Assembly: GCA_964408775.1 (NCBI GenBank)
Contig: CAYPAP010000001.1
Coordinates: 153,524-217,523 of the forward strand
Reading direction: 5' to 3'
Source: an uncultured Gammaproteobacteria bacterium
Lineage (GTDB): Bacteria > Patescibacteriota > Patescibacteriia > Patescibacteriales > UBA12465
Length of the DNA stretch: 64,000 nucleotides
Of this stretch, positions 42,058 through 51,307 are shown in pieces. Both the position numbers and the translations under genes were made by a program. The first letter of the stretch is position 1, and every line of letters starts with the position of its first letter. Under the pieces are notes generated by a model. It made no database searches. It worked only from the letters and a program-made list of their open reading frames with translations, and had not been told where the DNA came from.

Positions 42058-44769
42058 CTACAATTTCTTAGCTTTTTGCACCTCAACCTCTCCCTTTTTA
42101 TTAATAAAAATAGCATCTCGACGATTAAGACTTTTGGTTAAAATTAGGTTAGCAATTTCATTTTCAATTTTATCTTGCAATAAGCGACGCAAAGGACGAG
42201 CACCAAACTTGGGATCATAGCCAGCTTTGGCTAAAACCAATAGACCATCATCGTCATACAATAAACCAATTCCCTTCTTGGATAAATTCTTTTCAATTTT
42301 CTTAACCATTAATTTAGAAATAGACAAAACATTTTCCAAAGTTAAGGGCTTGAATACTATAATTCCATCAAAGCGATTAATAAGCTCGGGACGCATTACC
42401 TTGTTTAAATGCTCATCTATTAAGGCCTGCTTGATAACAGCCATTTCGGTATTACTTTTAACAGCGTCTTGAATAAATAAAGCTCCGGCATTGGATGTGG
42501 CAATAATAATAGAGTTAGTAAAATTAATAGTTCTTCCCTGTCCGTCGGTTAAACGACCATCATCCAAAATTTGCAAGAATAGATTTAAAATATCAGGATG
42601 CGCTTTTTCAATTTCATCAAATAATATTAAAGAGAAAGGTTTTTTGCGGACAGCTTCTGTCAAATAGCCCAAGGTACCGTCGACATCACCCAACATTTTT
42701 TTAACGCTATCAGCTAATTGATATTCACTCATATCTAAACGTATCATATACTTTTCATCACCAAAATAAATATCAGAAACAGTTTTGGCTAATTCGGTTT
42801 TACCAACCCCAGTGGGGCCTAAGAATAAAAAACTAGCAATAGGGCGACTACCCTCTCTCATGTCAGCTCGAGCTCGACGCAAGCTTCCAGCAACCGCGAC
42901 AACAGCCTCCTCTTGTCCAATCATCCTTTCATGAATTTTCTGCTCTAAGTTCATTAGTTTTTCACTCTCGGACTCACTAACCTTAGAAACCAATATTCCG
43001 GTAATTTCACTAACAACCTCAGCAATATCATTTTTGGTACATATTTTTTTCTCTGGATCCTTGGCAGCTAATTTAGAATTTCTAACAGCCGCCGCCTTAA
43101 TTATGTTAACAGCTTTTTCTGGTAGAAACTTGTCATTAATATATTTAGAGGACAGTTTAACTGTTTCTTCGATAGAATTATAATCAAAATAAATACCATA
43201 CTTATTTTCCAACCAAGAAACTTTACTTTCCAGCATACAAATAGCGTCATTTATTTCTGGTTCGGCCACATTAATTGTAGTCATAGCGCTAGCAATAGCC
43301 CGACCCTCTAAATAACGAGAGTAATTTTCACTACTGACGGAAGCCAGGCAATATATTCCTTGGCGACTAAGAGTTTCGGCTAAAACTTCTGATAACTCTA
43401 GACTCTCCTCTGAGCCAGAAGATATACCCATCATATTCTCAATATTTTCAATAAACAAAATAATATTTTTAGATTTTTGCATCTCTCCAATAATTGAAAG
43501 CAGTCGCTCTTGAGCCTGGGCTGGATTAGACCCACTTATTAAACGAGAAACATCAAGCTCTACTAAGCGCTTGTCTTTTAAAAAACTGGGTACCTCTTCT
43601 TTAACCATTAGCTGTGCTAGCCCCTCTATGATAGATCTCTTGCCAACACCAACATGGCCAACTAATAAAACTCCGTTTTGTCCGCCCTCAAAAGCTTCAA
43701 AAATTTGGCGAACCTCCTTATCGCGAGAAACACAAATCTCAAAATAGCCATACTTGGCCATAACTGTCATGTCACGAGAAAAATGATCAATAGTAGGAGT
43801 GGCAACGGCTGTATAAGCCTTGTTCATGTTACCACCAGGCTTAAGACGAGCCATTTTTCGAAAAACTTTATAATCAGCCATCATTTTTTCATTGATTCTA
43901 AACCAATTTACAGCATTTTCAATTTTATCCTGAGAAATTTCTAGCTCATAAAGTATATCTTTTAGAACAGGATTACGATGATAACAAAATAAAATAATAT
44001 TTAAGACATTAATACTAGGATGACGATTAAAGTAAGCGTCGGAAAACGCTGATAATAGTATTTCCTGAACATGATCTGATAAATTAATTTTGTCCCCCTG
44101 ATTTTCTTTTTTATTATCAGCTAAATATTTTTTTAATAAACTTGTCAGCTTATCAACGCTAACATTTAACCTAACAAATAGACTGCTAACAACAGGAGAA
44201 TAAAGAAGATTCCAAAAAAGATGAATAGTGCTGACCTCCTTTTGCCTTAATTTATGAGCCAATAAATATGAATTTTCTAAAATAATCAAAAAATCATCGC
44301 TCAAAGTTTTGTAAACATCGATTCTAGGAATTTTTTTATAATCAATAACCTGATTATTACTATTTTTCTTTTCTTTAATGTTCTTTATTTTATTTAAAGA
44401 AGCCTTCTTCTCACTCATTCTATAAATAATAAACATTAGAAAAATTAATGAGATCAAGAAGACTAAAATTAAGGGATGATCGCTCTTATAAAATAAAATT
44501 AATTCCTCTGGCCTATAGTTTAAGAGGTCTATATTTAAGTAAACCCAAAAAAGCAGAGATAAAACACCAGCTATAGAGAAAACATAAGCTGTTAAATTGA
44601 CAATTTTATCAACCCTGGCCTTAGCACGGTGTAAAAGTATTAGCGATTTTTTAAAACTAGGAGCAAAATACAAAAGACGACCCAAAAAAACGGCTCCGAC
44701 TTTATTCTTAGAGATTTTAATAAAATCATCTTCCTGAAAAACAATTGGTTCTAATAAGTCATTTCTCAT
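42058..44769 (-). CDS. Membrane-anchored ClpB/ClpC-like AAA+ paralog with degenerate NBD1 and no M-domain
   Basis: Two N-terminal TM helices and Clp_N-like repeats. NBD1 has Walker A GHVGVGKRS and Walker B ILFIENIEN (both non-canonical). NBD2 is canonical ([30 protein letters not shown]). Confidence 0.8.
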   Translation of the reverse strand: MRNDLLEPIVFQEDDFIKISKNKVGAVFLGRLLYFAPSFKKSLILLHRAKARVDKIVNLTAYVFSIAGVLSLLFWVYLNIDLLNYRPEELILFYKSDHPLILVFLISLIFLMFIIYRMSEKKASLNKIKNIKEKKNSNNQVIDYKKIPRIDVYKTLSDDFLIILENSYLLAHKLRQKEVSTIHLFWNLLYSPVVSSLFVRLNVSVDKLTSLLKKYLADNKKENQGDKINLSDHVQEILLSAFSDAYFNRHPSINVLNIILFCYHRNPVLKDILYELEISQDKIENAVNWFRINEKMMADYKVFRKMARLKPGGNMNKAYTAVATPTIDHFSRDMTVMAKYGYFEICVSRDKEVRQIFEAFEGGQNGVLLVGHVGVGKRSIIEGLAQLMVKEEVPSFLKDKRLVELDVSRLISGSNPAQAQERLLSIIGEMQKSKNIILFIENIENMMGISSGSEESLELSEVLAETLSRQGIYCLASVSSENYSRYLEGRAIASAMTTINVAEPEINDAICMLESKVSWLENKYGIYFDYNSIEETVKLSSKYINDKFLPEKAVNIIKAAAVRNSKLAAKDPEKKICTKNDIAEVVSEITGILVSKVSESESEKLMNLEQKIHERMIGQEEAVVAVAGSLRRARADMREGSRPIASFLFLGPTGVGKTELAKTVSDIYFGDEKYMIRLDMSEYQLADSVKKMLGDVDGTLGYLTEAVRKKPFSLILFDEIEKAHPDILNLFLQILDDGRLTDGQGRTINFTNSIIIATSNAGALFIQDAVKSNTEMAVIKQALIDEHLNKVMRPELINRFDGIIVFKPLTLENVLSISKLMVKKIEKNLSKKGIGLLYDDDGLLVLAKAGYDPKFGARPLRRLLQDKIENEIANLILTKSLNRRDAIFINKKGEVEVQKAKKL

Positions 44770-44777
44770 ATTAAAAA

Positions 44778-45140
44778 TTAAAAAATCTTGTTAAAAATTA
44801 ATACAACCACCACCACTGGGAAAGCTATCCAGGCAAAAACCCCTAGTAAGCTTAAAAGAATAAAGAAAATAAAAGCAATGAAGCGGAAAATTATTTGAAA
44901 AAGTCTAATAAAAAAGCTGATAGCCCGGCTAGTAAAATCTCTTTGCCCGTACATTGGGACAAAAATATTTTTTAGCCAAACACCAGCTCCAATAACCATC
45001 CAGCGCTCCTGTAAAAATAGACCCAAACTCTTTAAAAGGCGCAATAAACCAGTACTATACCACCAAAGGGGAAAATACAAAAAATCTAACACTATTTGAG
45101 CCGAAATTTTACCTAAATAAAATAAAAAATGATTACTCAT
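44778..45140 (-). CDS. Small polytopic membrane protein (120 aa), co-operonic with the ClpB-like paralog
   Basis: 3-4 hydrophobic segments; 8-bp gap to the downstream AAA+ gene. No family recognised. Confidence 0.5.
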   Translation of the reverse strand: MSNHFLFYLGKISAQIVLDFLYFPLWWYSTGLLRLLKSLGLFLQERWMVIGAGVWLKNIFVPMYGQRDFTSRAISFFIRLFQIIFRFIAFIFFILLSLLGVFAWIAFPVVVVVLIFNKIF

Positions 45141-45183
45141 AGTAGAAATACAGTAATTTAATATACTCCTTTTTTATACTAAT

Positions 45184-45212
45184 ATATTAGCAAAAAAAGA
45201 GTAATTTGGCAA
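45184..45212 (-). promoter_or_regulatory. Sigma70-like promoter for the 120-aa / ClpB-like operon
   Basis: Minus strand TTGCCA-17 nt-TAATAT. The -10 lies inside the 12-bp palindrome CTAATATATTAG (45179-45190). Confidence 0.45.
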
Positions 45213-45221
45213 AATTTCGCT

Positions 45222-47867
45222 TTATTTAACTAATACTGAAATATTATCCTTTGCCCCAACATCCAATAGAACCTTATCGCCGTCCTTAACCTTGCCCTCT
45301 ATTATGTTCAGGGCTAATTCGTCTAAAATCATGCTCTGAATAACACGTTTTAAAGGTCGAGCTCCAAAAGCAGGATCGTATCCTTTTTCAGCTAAATGCT
45401 TTTTAACTTTAGGGCTAATTTTAATGGCAATATTCTTATTTTTTAATCTTTGCTCTACTTTATTAAGCTCTAGATCTATAATCTTTTCTAATGATTTTTT
45501 ATTAAGATTTTTGAAAATAACGATTTCATCAATCCTATTTAAAAATTCTAGCTTAAAGTGATCCCGTAAAATTTCATCAATCTTCTCCTTCATTTCTTCT
45601 TGGCGATATTTAATATTTTGCTCTTCGTTCTCACCACCAGAAAAACCAATGGAATACTGTTTGATAACCTCATTGCCTAAGTTTGATGTCATTATTATTA
45701 TTGTATTTTTGAAATTAACCTTACGCCCCTTAGAATCAGTTAAAACCCCATCATCTAATATTTGAAGTAAAATGTTGAAAGTTTCAGGATGAGCCTTTTC
45801 AATTTCATCAAACAAAATAACACTATAGGGGCGGCGACGGATTTTATCGGTTAACTGACCCCCTTCATCATGACCAATATATCCTGGAGGAGATCCGATT
45901 AGCTTAGCAACGCTATGTTTTTCCATAAACTCACTCATATCTAGTCGTATTAAAGCATTTTCATCATTAAACATAAATTTAGCCAAAGTCTTGCCTAATT
46001 CGGTTTTACCAACTCCAGTTGGACCAACGAAAAGAAATGACCCAATAGGCCTCTTTTCCTCATTAATACCAGCTCGACTGCGACGGATGGCGTTAGACAC
46101 CGCCGTGATAGCCTCATCCTGGCCAATTACTGACCTAGTTAGCTCTTCTTCAGCCCGAGCTAATTTTTGGATCTCGCTTTCTAGCATTTTATTAACCGGG
46201 ATTCCAGTCCAGCGAGCCACAACCTTAGCAATATCCTCTTCGTCCACCTCTTCTTTCAAGATGTGATGACCTTTCTTCTGAATTTTAATCAAGTCCTCCT
46301 GTTGCTTTTTAACCTCTTTCTCTAATTCTGGAATAAGTGCATATCTAATTTCAGCTACCTTGGTTAAGTCATCTCCTCGACGTTCAATGATATCGGCCTC
46401 CATCTTCAATTCATCAATCTTGCGCTTTGATTCTCTGATTTTAGAAATTATTTCTTTTTCATTATTCCAATGAATTTCTAATTGATTGCATTTTTCTTTT
46501 AGCTCGGCTAGCTCTTTATTTATTTTTACCTTCTTGCTAGAGTTATTATCCTTCTCCTTGCTAATCAAGCCAGCTTTAACTATTTCTAAGCGCTTAATTT
46601 CCCTTTTCATATTATCAAGCTCTTCGGGCATGGAATCTATTTCCATACGCAAAGCTGAGGTAGCCTCGTCCATTAAGTCAACCGCCTTGTCTGGTAAAAA
46701 ACGATCTGTGATATAACGACTAGAAAGCTTAGCGGCTGATACCAGCGCTTCATCAGTTATGCGAACCCCGTGATGAACCTCATACTTTTCTTTTATTCCT
46801 CGTAAAATAGAAATGGCATCCTCGATACTGGGTTCAGCTACATAAATTGGCTGAAAACGTCGCTCTAGGGCTGCATCTTTTTCAATATATTTTTGATATT
46901 CCTTGGTAGTAGTTGCCCCAATAGTTCTCAGCTCACCTCGAGCTAAAGCTGGTTTTAACATGTTAGAAGCATCCATAGATCCTTCACTAGCACCAGTTCC
47001 AACTAAAGTATGAAGTTCATCAATAAATAATATTATTTTTCCTTCTTGGGCCTTAATAGTTTTTAAAACTGATTTTAGCCTATCTTCGAACTCACCCCTG
47101 AATTTTGCACCAGCAACTAGCGCCCCTAAATCTAATGAAACTACCTCTTTGTTTTTCAGCATCTCTGGAACATCACCACTGACGATTCTCTGAGCTAAAC
47201 CCTCGGCAATAGCAGTTTTTCCTGTTCCAGCTTCACCAATTAGAACTGGGTTATTTTTAGTACGACGAAGAAGGACCTGCATAATGCGGCGAATTTCAGT
47301 GTCACGACCAATAACTGGATCTAATTTTTCTTGGCGGGCAAGATCTGTTAAGTTTATTGTATATTTTTCTAAAGTTCTAAATTTATTTTCTGGCTCAGGA
47401 TCAGTAATCTTCTGAGAGCCACGTAATTCCTTTAATATTTCTAAAACCTGGTTATATTCTATTTTAAATCCTAACAAAACTCTTTGAGCCGGGGTGTTTA
47501 CACCAATTAAGGCCAGGAAAATGTGCTCAGTGGAAATAAATTCATCGCCCATGCGATCGGCTTCTTTTTTAGATCTATCAAAAATAGCCACCACTTCGCC
47601 AGTTCCCTGCACTGCTTGGACTGAGGCAAAGTCGGCGTTATTGGTTTTAACCTTGGGCAATCTTTTTAATTCATTACTAGTTAAATTTTCAATTAGCTCT
47701 GGATCAATTTTTATTTTATCCAAAACCACTCGTACCAAGCTATCATTTTGCTGGATTAAGGCCAATAATAAATGGAGGCCCTCGATGTATTGCTGACCAA
47801 AATCAGAGGCAATAACCTGGGCATTAATTATCGTTTCTTGAGACTTGTTGGTAAATTTATTAAACAT
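45222..47867 (-). CDS. clpB: Chaperone disaggregase ClpB
   Basis: Clp_N repeats, NBD1 [12 protein letters not shown] / [12 protein letters not shown], a ~130-aa coiled-coil M-domain, NBD2 [12 protein letters not shown] / [11 protein letters not shown]. Start placed at MFNKFT because the upstream ATG lies inside the CIRCE-like operator. Confidence 0.9.
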   Translation of the reverse strand: MFNKFTNKSQETIINAQVIASDFGQQYIEGLHLLLALIQQNDSLVRVVLDKIKIDPELIENLTSNELKRLPKVKTNNADFASVQAVQGTGEVVAIFDRSKKEADRMGDEFISTEHIFLALIGVNTPAQRVLLGFKIEYNQVLEILKELRGSQKITDPEPENKFRTLEKYTINLTDLARQEKLDPVIGRDTEIRRIMQVLLRRTKNNPVLIGEAGTGKTAIAEGLAQRIVSGDVPEMLKNKEVVSLDLGALVAGAKFRGEFEDRLKSVLKTIKAQEGKIILFIDELHTLVGTGASEGSMDASNMLKPALARGELRTIGATTTKEYQKYIEKDAALERRFQPIYVAEPSIEDAISILRGIKEKYEVHHGVRITDEALVSAAKLSSRYITDRFLPDKAVDLMDEATSALRMEIDSMPEELDNMKREIKRLEIVKAGLISKEKDNNSSKKVKINKELAELKEKCNQLEIHWNNEKEIISKIRESKRKIDELKMEADIIERRGDDLTKVAEIRYALIPELEKEVKKQQEDLIKIQKKGHHILKEEVDEEDIAKVVARWTGIPVNKMLESEIQKLARAEEELTRSVIGQDEAITAVSNAIRRSRAGINEEKRPIGSFLFVGPTGVGKTELGKTLAKFMFNDENALIRLDMSEFMEKHSVAKLIGSPPGYIGHDEGGQLTDKIRRRPYSVILFDEIEKAHPETFNILLQILDDGVLTDSKGRKVNFKNTIIIMTSNLGNEVIKQYSIGFSGGENEEQNIKYRQEEMKEKIDEILRDHFKLEFLNRIDEIVIFKNLNKKSLEKIIDLELNKVEQRLKNKNIAIKISPKVKKHLAEKGYDPAFGARPLKRVIQSMILDELALNIIEGKVKDGDKVLLDVGAKDNISVLVK

Positions 47868-47898
47868 ATATTTATTGTAAATTATTAATGATTTTAAA

Positions 47899-47925
47899 TT
47901 AGCAGTCATAATGTCTGACTGCTAA
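47899..47925. promoter_or_regulatory. CIRCE-like inverted repeat (candidate HrcA operator) on the clpB promoter
   Basis: TTAGCAGTC-N9-GACTGCTAA versus CIRCE consensus TTAGCACTC-N9-GAGTGCTAA: 8/9 per arm with a compensatory change. Starts 2 nt downstream of the clpB -10. Confidence 0.65.
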
Positions 47926-47926
47926 T

Positions 47927-47955
47927 AGTATAATTGATAATTGGAAAGTAGTCAA
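47927..47955 (-). promoter_or_regulatory. Sigma70-like promoter for clpB
   Basis: Minus strand TTGACT-17 nt-TATACT. Confidence 0.55.
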
Positions 47956-47974
47956 TATTAGAAAAACATAGGTA

Positions 47975-48003
47975 TTGACACTTATAAAAAAATGTGCTAT
48001 AGT
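47975..48003 (+). promoter_or_regulatory. Near-consensus promoter of the orphan 107-aa ORF
   Basis: TTGACA-17 nt-TATAGT with an extended TG. The TTG that opens the tracked ORF at 47975 is the -35 element. Confidence 0.6.
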
Positions 48004-48043
48004 GTGTTTTCTTGATAAAAATCAAACAAAGGAGGACAATAAG

Positions 48044-48367
48044 ATGAAAAAAAACACCCTCAACAACATCTGTTTTATCAACCCCCCGGAATCGGGACAT
48101 TCACAAATTGAGGCTGTATTCTATTACGGCCTAACAAAAGTTAATGAAACGTGGTATTGCGATGTGATAATAATAAACGAGGAAATAAAAAATCCTCGCA
48201 TTGTCACCATCAAATACGACAATGTATCCTTTCCTGGGGATGACGACCGCAAAAAGTGGTCATACATCCTAAGGTTGGCGAAAGAACAAAAGGACAAACA
48301 AAGGGAAAAAAGGGAAAAAATGAAGATAAAAAAAATCGCAACGGAATATCCGTTGTGTTTCAACTAA
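48044..48367 (+). CDS. Hypothetical protein (107 aa)
   Basis: SD AAGGAGG 8 nt before ATG (MKKNTLNN...), its own promoter and terminator, Lys/Glu-rich C-terminus. No recognisable family. Confidence 0.55.
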   Translation: MKKNTLNNICFINPPESGHSQIEAVFYYGLTKVNETWYCDVIIINEEIKNPRIVTIKYDNVSFPGDDDRKKWSYILRLAKEQKDKQREKREKMKIKKIATEYPLCFN

Positions 48368-48386
48368 ACCCTACTACCCCTACTCC

Positions 48387-48412
48387 AGGCGAGCTTAGCT
48401 CGCCTTTTTTTT
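48387..48412 (+). terminator. Intrinsic terminator after the 107-aa ORF (its stem-loop contains the radA stop codon)
   Basis: AGGCGAGC-tta-GCTCGCCT followed by T8. Confidence 0.75.
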
Positions 48413-49810
48413 ATTATTGAAAGCCACCTGCAAAGTTTCAAACAAACTTTTAACAAAAACAAACTTCAACTTCTTAAAATTATTCATTAACTTTTTTTTA
48501 TCAGCTTCATTAAAATAATCACTTAAAATAATTTCCTCAAAGCCCATCTTTTCTAATTCGCGCAGTCTCATTTCTAGATAAGAAATAGGACGAAGTTCAC
48601 CACCCAATCCTAATTCTCCTAAAACCGCTTTTTTCTTGCCTAGCTCCTGATTTAAAAAAGAAGAAACTATCGCCAAGGAGACTGCCAAATCTAGAGCCGG
48701 ATCATTAGTTCTAAAACCACCAACAATATTTAAAATAATATCTTGATTTATGAGATCAATTTTTTGTTTTTTAGAAATAACCGCTGACAAGACTTGCAAA
48801 CGGTTTAAATCGAAGCCCGACGACTTTCTCTGCGGATAACCAAACACCGTTCTACTGACTAAGGCCTGAACATTTATCAAAAAAGGACGATTACCTTCCA
48901 CAACACAAGAAAAAACTGAACCCGGGAAAGACAAGGAGGTATCCCCTTCCAAAAAAGAGGCGCTAGGATTTTTGACCTCCACAAATCCAGCTCCGGTCAT
49001 CTCTAAAACTCCGATTTCATTAACACTGCCAAAACGATTTTTAACTGAACGTAAAATAAAATGACTACCGCGACCATCATTTTCTAAATACAAAACAACA
49101 TCGACAATATGCTCTAATGATTTAGGCCCAGCCACCTGTCCATCCTTAGTTATATGACCAATCAAAAAAACTGGAATATTATATTTTTTAGCTAATTCCA
49201 TAAACTTAACAGCCACAGCTCTAATCTGAGAAACAGAGCCAGCTTCTGATAAGACAGTAGATGAATAAATCGTTTGAATAGAATCAACTATTAACATTGA
49301 AGGTTTGAGCTTTAAGGCTGAAGAAATTATTTTTTCTAAATTAGTTTCTCCAATAAATTTAAAGTTTTCTAAACCACAATTAAGCCTTTCTAACCTCATT
49401 TTAACTTGACTAGCTGACTCTTCGCCAGAAACATACAGAACCTCACTCACTTCCTTGTTTTTAATAACCAAAGAATTGGCTATCTGCGCTAATAAGGTTG
49501 ATTTTCCGACCCCAGGCTCTCCGCTAAACAGAGAGATTGAACCGGAAATAAGACCCCCTCCCAAAACCCTATCCACCTCGGAAATACCAGACTCTAAACG
49601 AATCTCTTGGGAATCTTTTATGTCTTTTAAATCTACTATATTAGCCATAGAAACATTAGCTAATAAATTTTTTTCAGCTATTTTTTTATCATCCCGAATA
49701 TCCTCTTTAAGCGATCCCCACTGACCACACTCCAAACAACGCCCACTCCATTTTGGGGATTGGGCGCCGCAATTTTGACATTCATAAATTTTCTTAATCT
49801 TTTCTGCCAT
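48395..49810 (-). CDS. radA: DNA repair/recombination protein RadA (Sms)
   Basis: Zinc finger CQNCGAQSPKWSGRCLECGQWGS, Walker A GEPGVGKST, the KNRFG motif, and a Lon-like C-terminal domain. Confidence 0.9.
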   Translation of the reverse strand: MAEKIKKIYECQNCGAQSPKWSGRCLECGQWGSLKEDIRDDKKIAEKNLLANVSMANIVDLKDIKDSQEIRLESGISEVDRVLGGGLISGSISLFSGEPGVGKSTLLAQIANSLVIKNKEVSEVLYVSGEESASQVKMRLERLNCGLENFKFIGETNLEKIISSALKLKPSMLIVDSIQTIYSSTVLSEAGSVSQIRAVAVKFMELAKKYNIPVFLIGHITKDGQVAGPKSLEHIVDVVLYLENDGRGSHFILRSVKNRFGSVNEIGVLEMTGAGFVEVKNPSASFLEGDTSLSFPGSVFSCVVEGNRPFLINVQALVSRTVFGYPQRKSSGFDLNRLQVLSAVISKKQKIDLINQDIILNIVGGFRTNDPALDLAVSLAIVSSFLNQELGKKKAVLGELGLGGELRPISYLEMRLRELEKMGFEEIILSDYFNEADKKKLMNNFKKLKFVFVKSLFETLQVAFNNKKKAS

Positions 49811-49832
49811 ATAAAATAAGAACCGATAAAAA

Positions 49833-50618
49833 TTATTTATTTAATTCTGTTTCAATAATGTCTTCTAACTCTTCCTCGCTAATATTCCCTATCATATCTA
49901 TATCATTAATATAGATATAAGGTATTCCGACTATTCCCAATTCTTCCGCTTCGAGAACATTTTGCATTATAGCATTATCAACCCTATCACTAAATAAACA
50001 ATTGTTAAAATTATCTAAATTTAATTTTAAATTTTCAGCTAAATTCACAAAAAAACTTCCTTGATGTGCTTGAAATTTGCTACCCTCCTTGTACAACAGC
50101 TTGCTATAATCCCAAAATTTTCCTTGCTCATGAGCACAACGAGCCGCCTTGGCCGCTTGATAGGAAAAATCTTCTAAGGAGTCAACATCTGGATAATCCT
50201 TCCAAACAAAACGAACCTCCTGACTAAATTTTTCATAAACCCTCTTAATCATTTCTTCTTGCTCTAAGCAAAAAGGACAAGAAAAATCGGAGAAATAAAA
50301 TATTTTTACATCAGCATCTTCTGGACCTAATGCCGGATCCTGTTTATTATCTATTGGGGCTCCTGACCCGTCTCCTAACGATGAATCCCTCACACCAATT
50401 AAAGGATCAGGGCTCTCTAATACTAATCCAGCGTTATATTCCTGAATGAACTCTATTGCCGCCTCGTCTTTAGCCATATACAAAGATTCTTTCAACCATT
50501 GGATAGAAAAAATTAATAATAAAAACATAGCAATAGAAACAGAAATAAAAATAACTTCGAAATAATTTTTATTTTTCTTGTTACTTTTATTTTTTTGCGT
50601 TTTCTTGACCTCGTCCAT
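49833..50618 (-). CDS. Membrane-anchored DsbA-like thiol:disulfide oxidoreductase
   Basis: N-terminal TM helix and a thioredoxin-fold CxxC (FSDFSCPFCLEQ). Confidence 0.75.
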   Translation of the reverse strand: MDEVKKTQKNKSNKKNKNYFEVIFISVSIAMFLLLIFSIQWLKESLYMAKDEAAIEFIQEYNAGLVLESPDPLIGVRDSSLGDGSGAPIDNKQDPALGPEDADVKIFYFSDFSCPFCLEQEEMIKRVYEKFSQEVRFVWKDYPDVDSLEDFSYQAAKAARCAHEQGKFWDYSKLLYKEGSKFQAHQGSFFVNLAENLKLNLDNFNNCLFSDRVDNAIMQNVLEAEELGIVGIPYIYINDIDMIGNISEEELEDIIETELNK

Positions 50619-50642
50619 ATTTTTTATATTATTTTAATTAAT

Positions 50643-51269
50643 TTACTGCCAAAAAGCACCATCAACCAACCATTCCCCGCCTTCTTTAATGAAAATAACT
50701 TTTATATCTTGGGAAAAAATATTACTAGGTTTAGAAGAAAAACTTTCTTCACGCTGGACAGTTAAAAGCAACTCGACTCTAGACTCGTCTAAATCAAATT
50801 CTGTTATTTTTGGCTCTAATAATGACTTAGTCGTTACTCCATAAAATTCTTGCTCAACTGGAGCAGATACTTTTAAGTCTCTGATATAATCATCGGCCCA
50901 ATCTCTCATTTTACTGGTCATAAAGATTTTTAAATCATCAATGTTACTATAATTAGATTGGTTAGAATAAGATCCAAATCTCTCAACAAAAGGTCTTGAT
51001 ATTTGACGAAAATCATCTTCATCCCATTCACGACCAAACTCGGTTTCTTGATCAAAAGAATAAATAAACTCATCTCTCTCACGAACTCGCTCTTCTTCGA
51101 AAATTTGCTCTGGAGTTTTATCACCTTGTTCTACCTTGGGCTCACGATTAAAAATTCCTTGAAAAATATTTTTTTCAGGATTTAAGAAAAATAAAACAAA
51201 TAAAATTAATAAAATTATGGCTAATATTATTAATAAAAATCCAATTTTTCTTTTATTTTGATTAATCAT
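50643..51269 (-). CDS. Membrane-anchored hypothetical protein (208 aa) in the T4SS-like operon
   Basis: N-terminal TM IGFLLIILAIILLILFVLFFL and an acidic extracytoplasmic domain. No family recognised. Confidence 0.5.
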   Translation of the reverse strand: MINQNKRKIGFLLIILAIILLILFVLFFLNPEKNIFQGIFNREPKVEQGDKTPEQIFEEERVRERDEFIYSFDQETEFGREWDEDDFRQISRPFVERFGSYSNQSNYSNIDDLKIFMTSKMRDWADDYIRDLKVSAPVEQEFYGVTTKSLLEPKITEFDLDESRVELLLTVQREESFSSKPSNIFSQDIKVIFIKEGGEWLVDGAFWQ

Positions 51270-51307
51270 ACTTTTTTATTATTTTATAATTTATAACACA
51301 ACTAAAA

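Noticed and set aside
47868-47909. Longer clpB start ([14 protein letters not shown])
   Set aside because: The ATG lies in the spacer of the CIRCE-like operator, just after the -10. [10 protein letters not shown] aligns with typical Clp N-termini.
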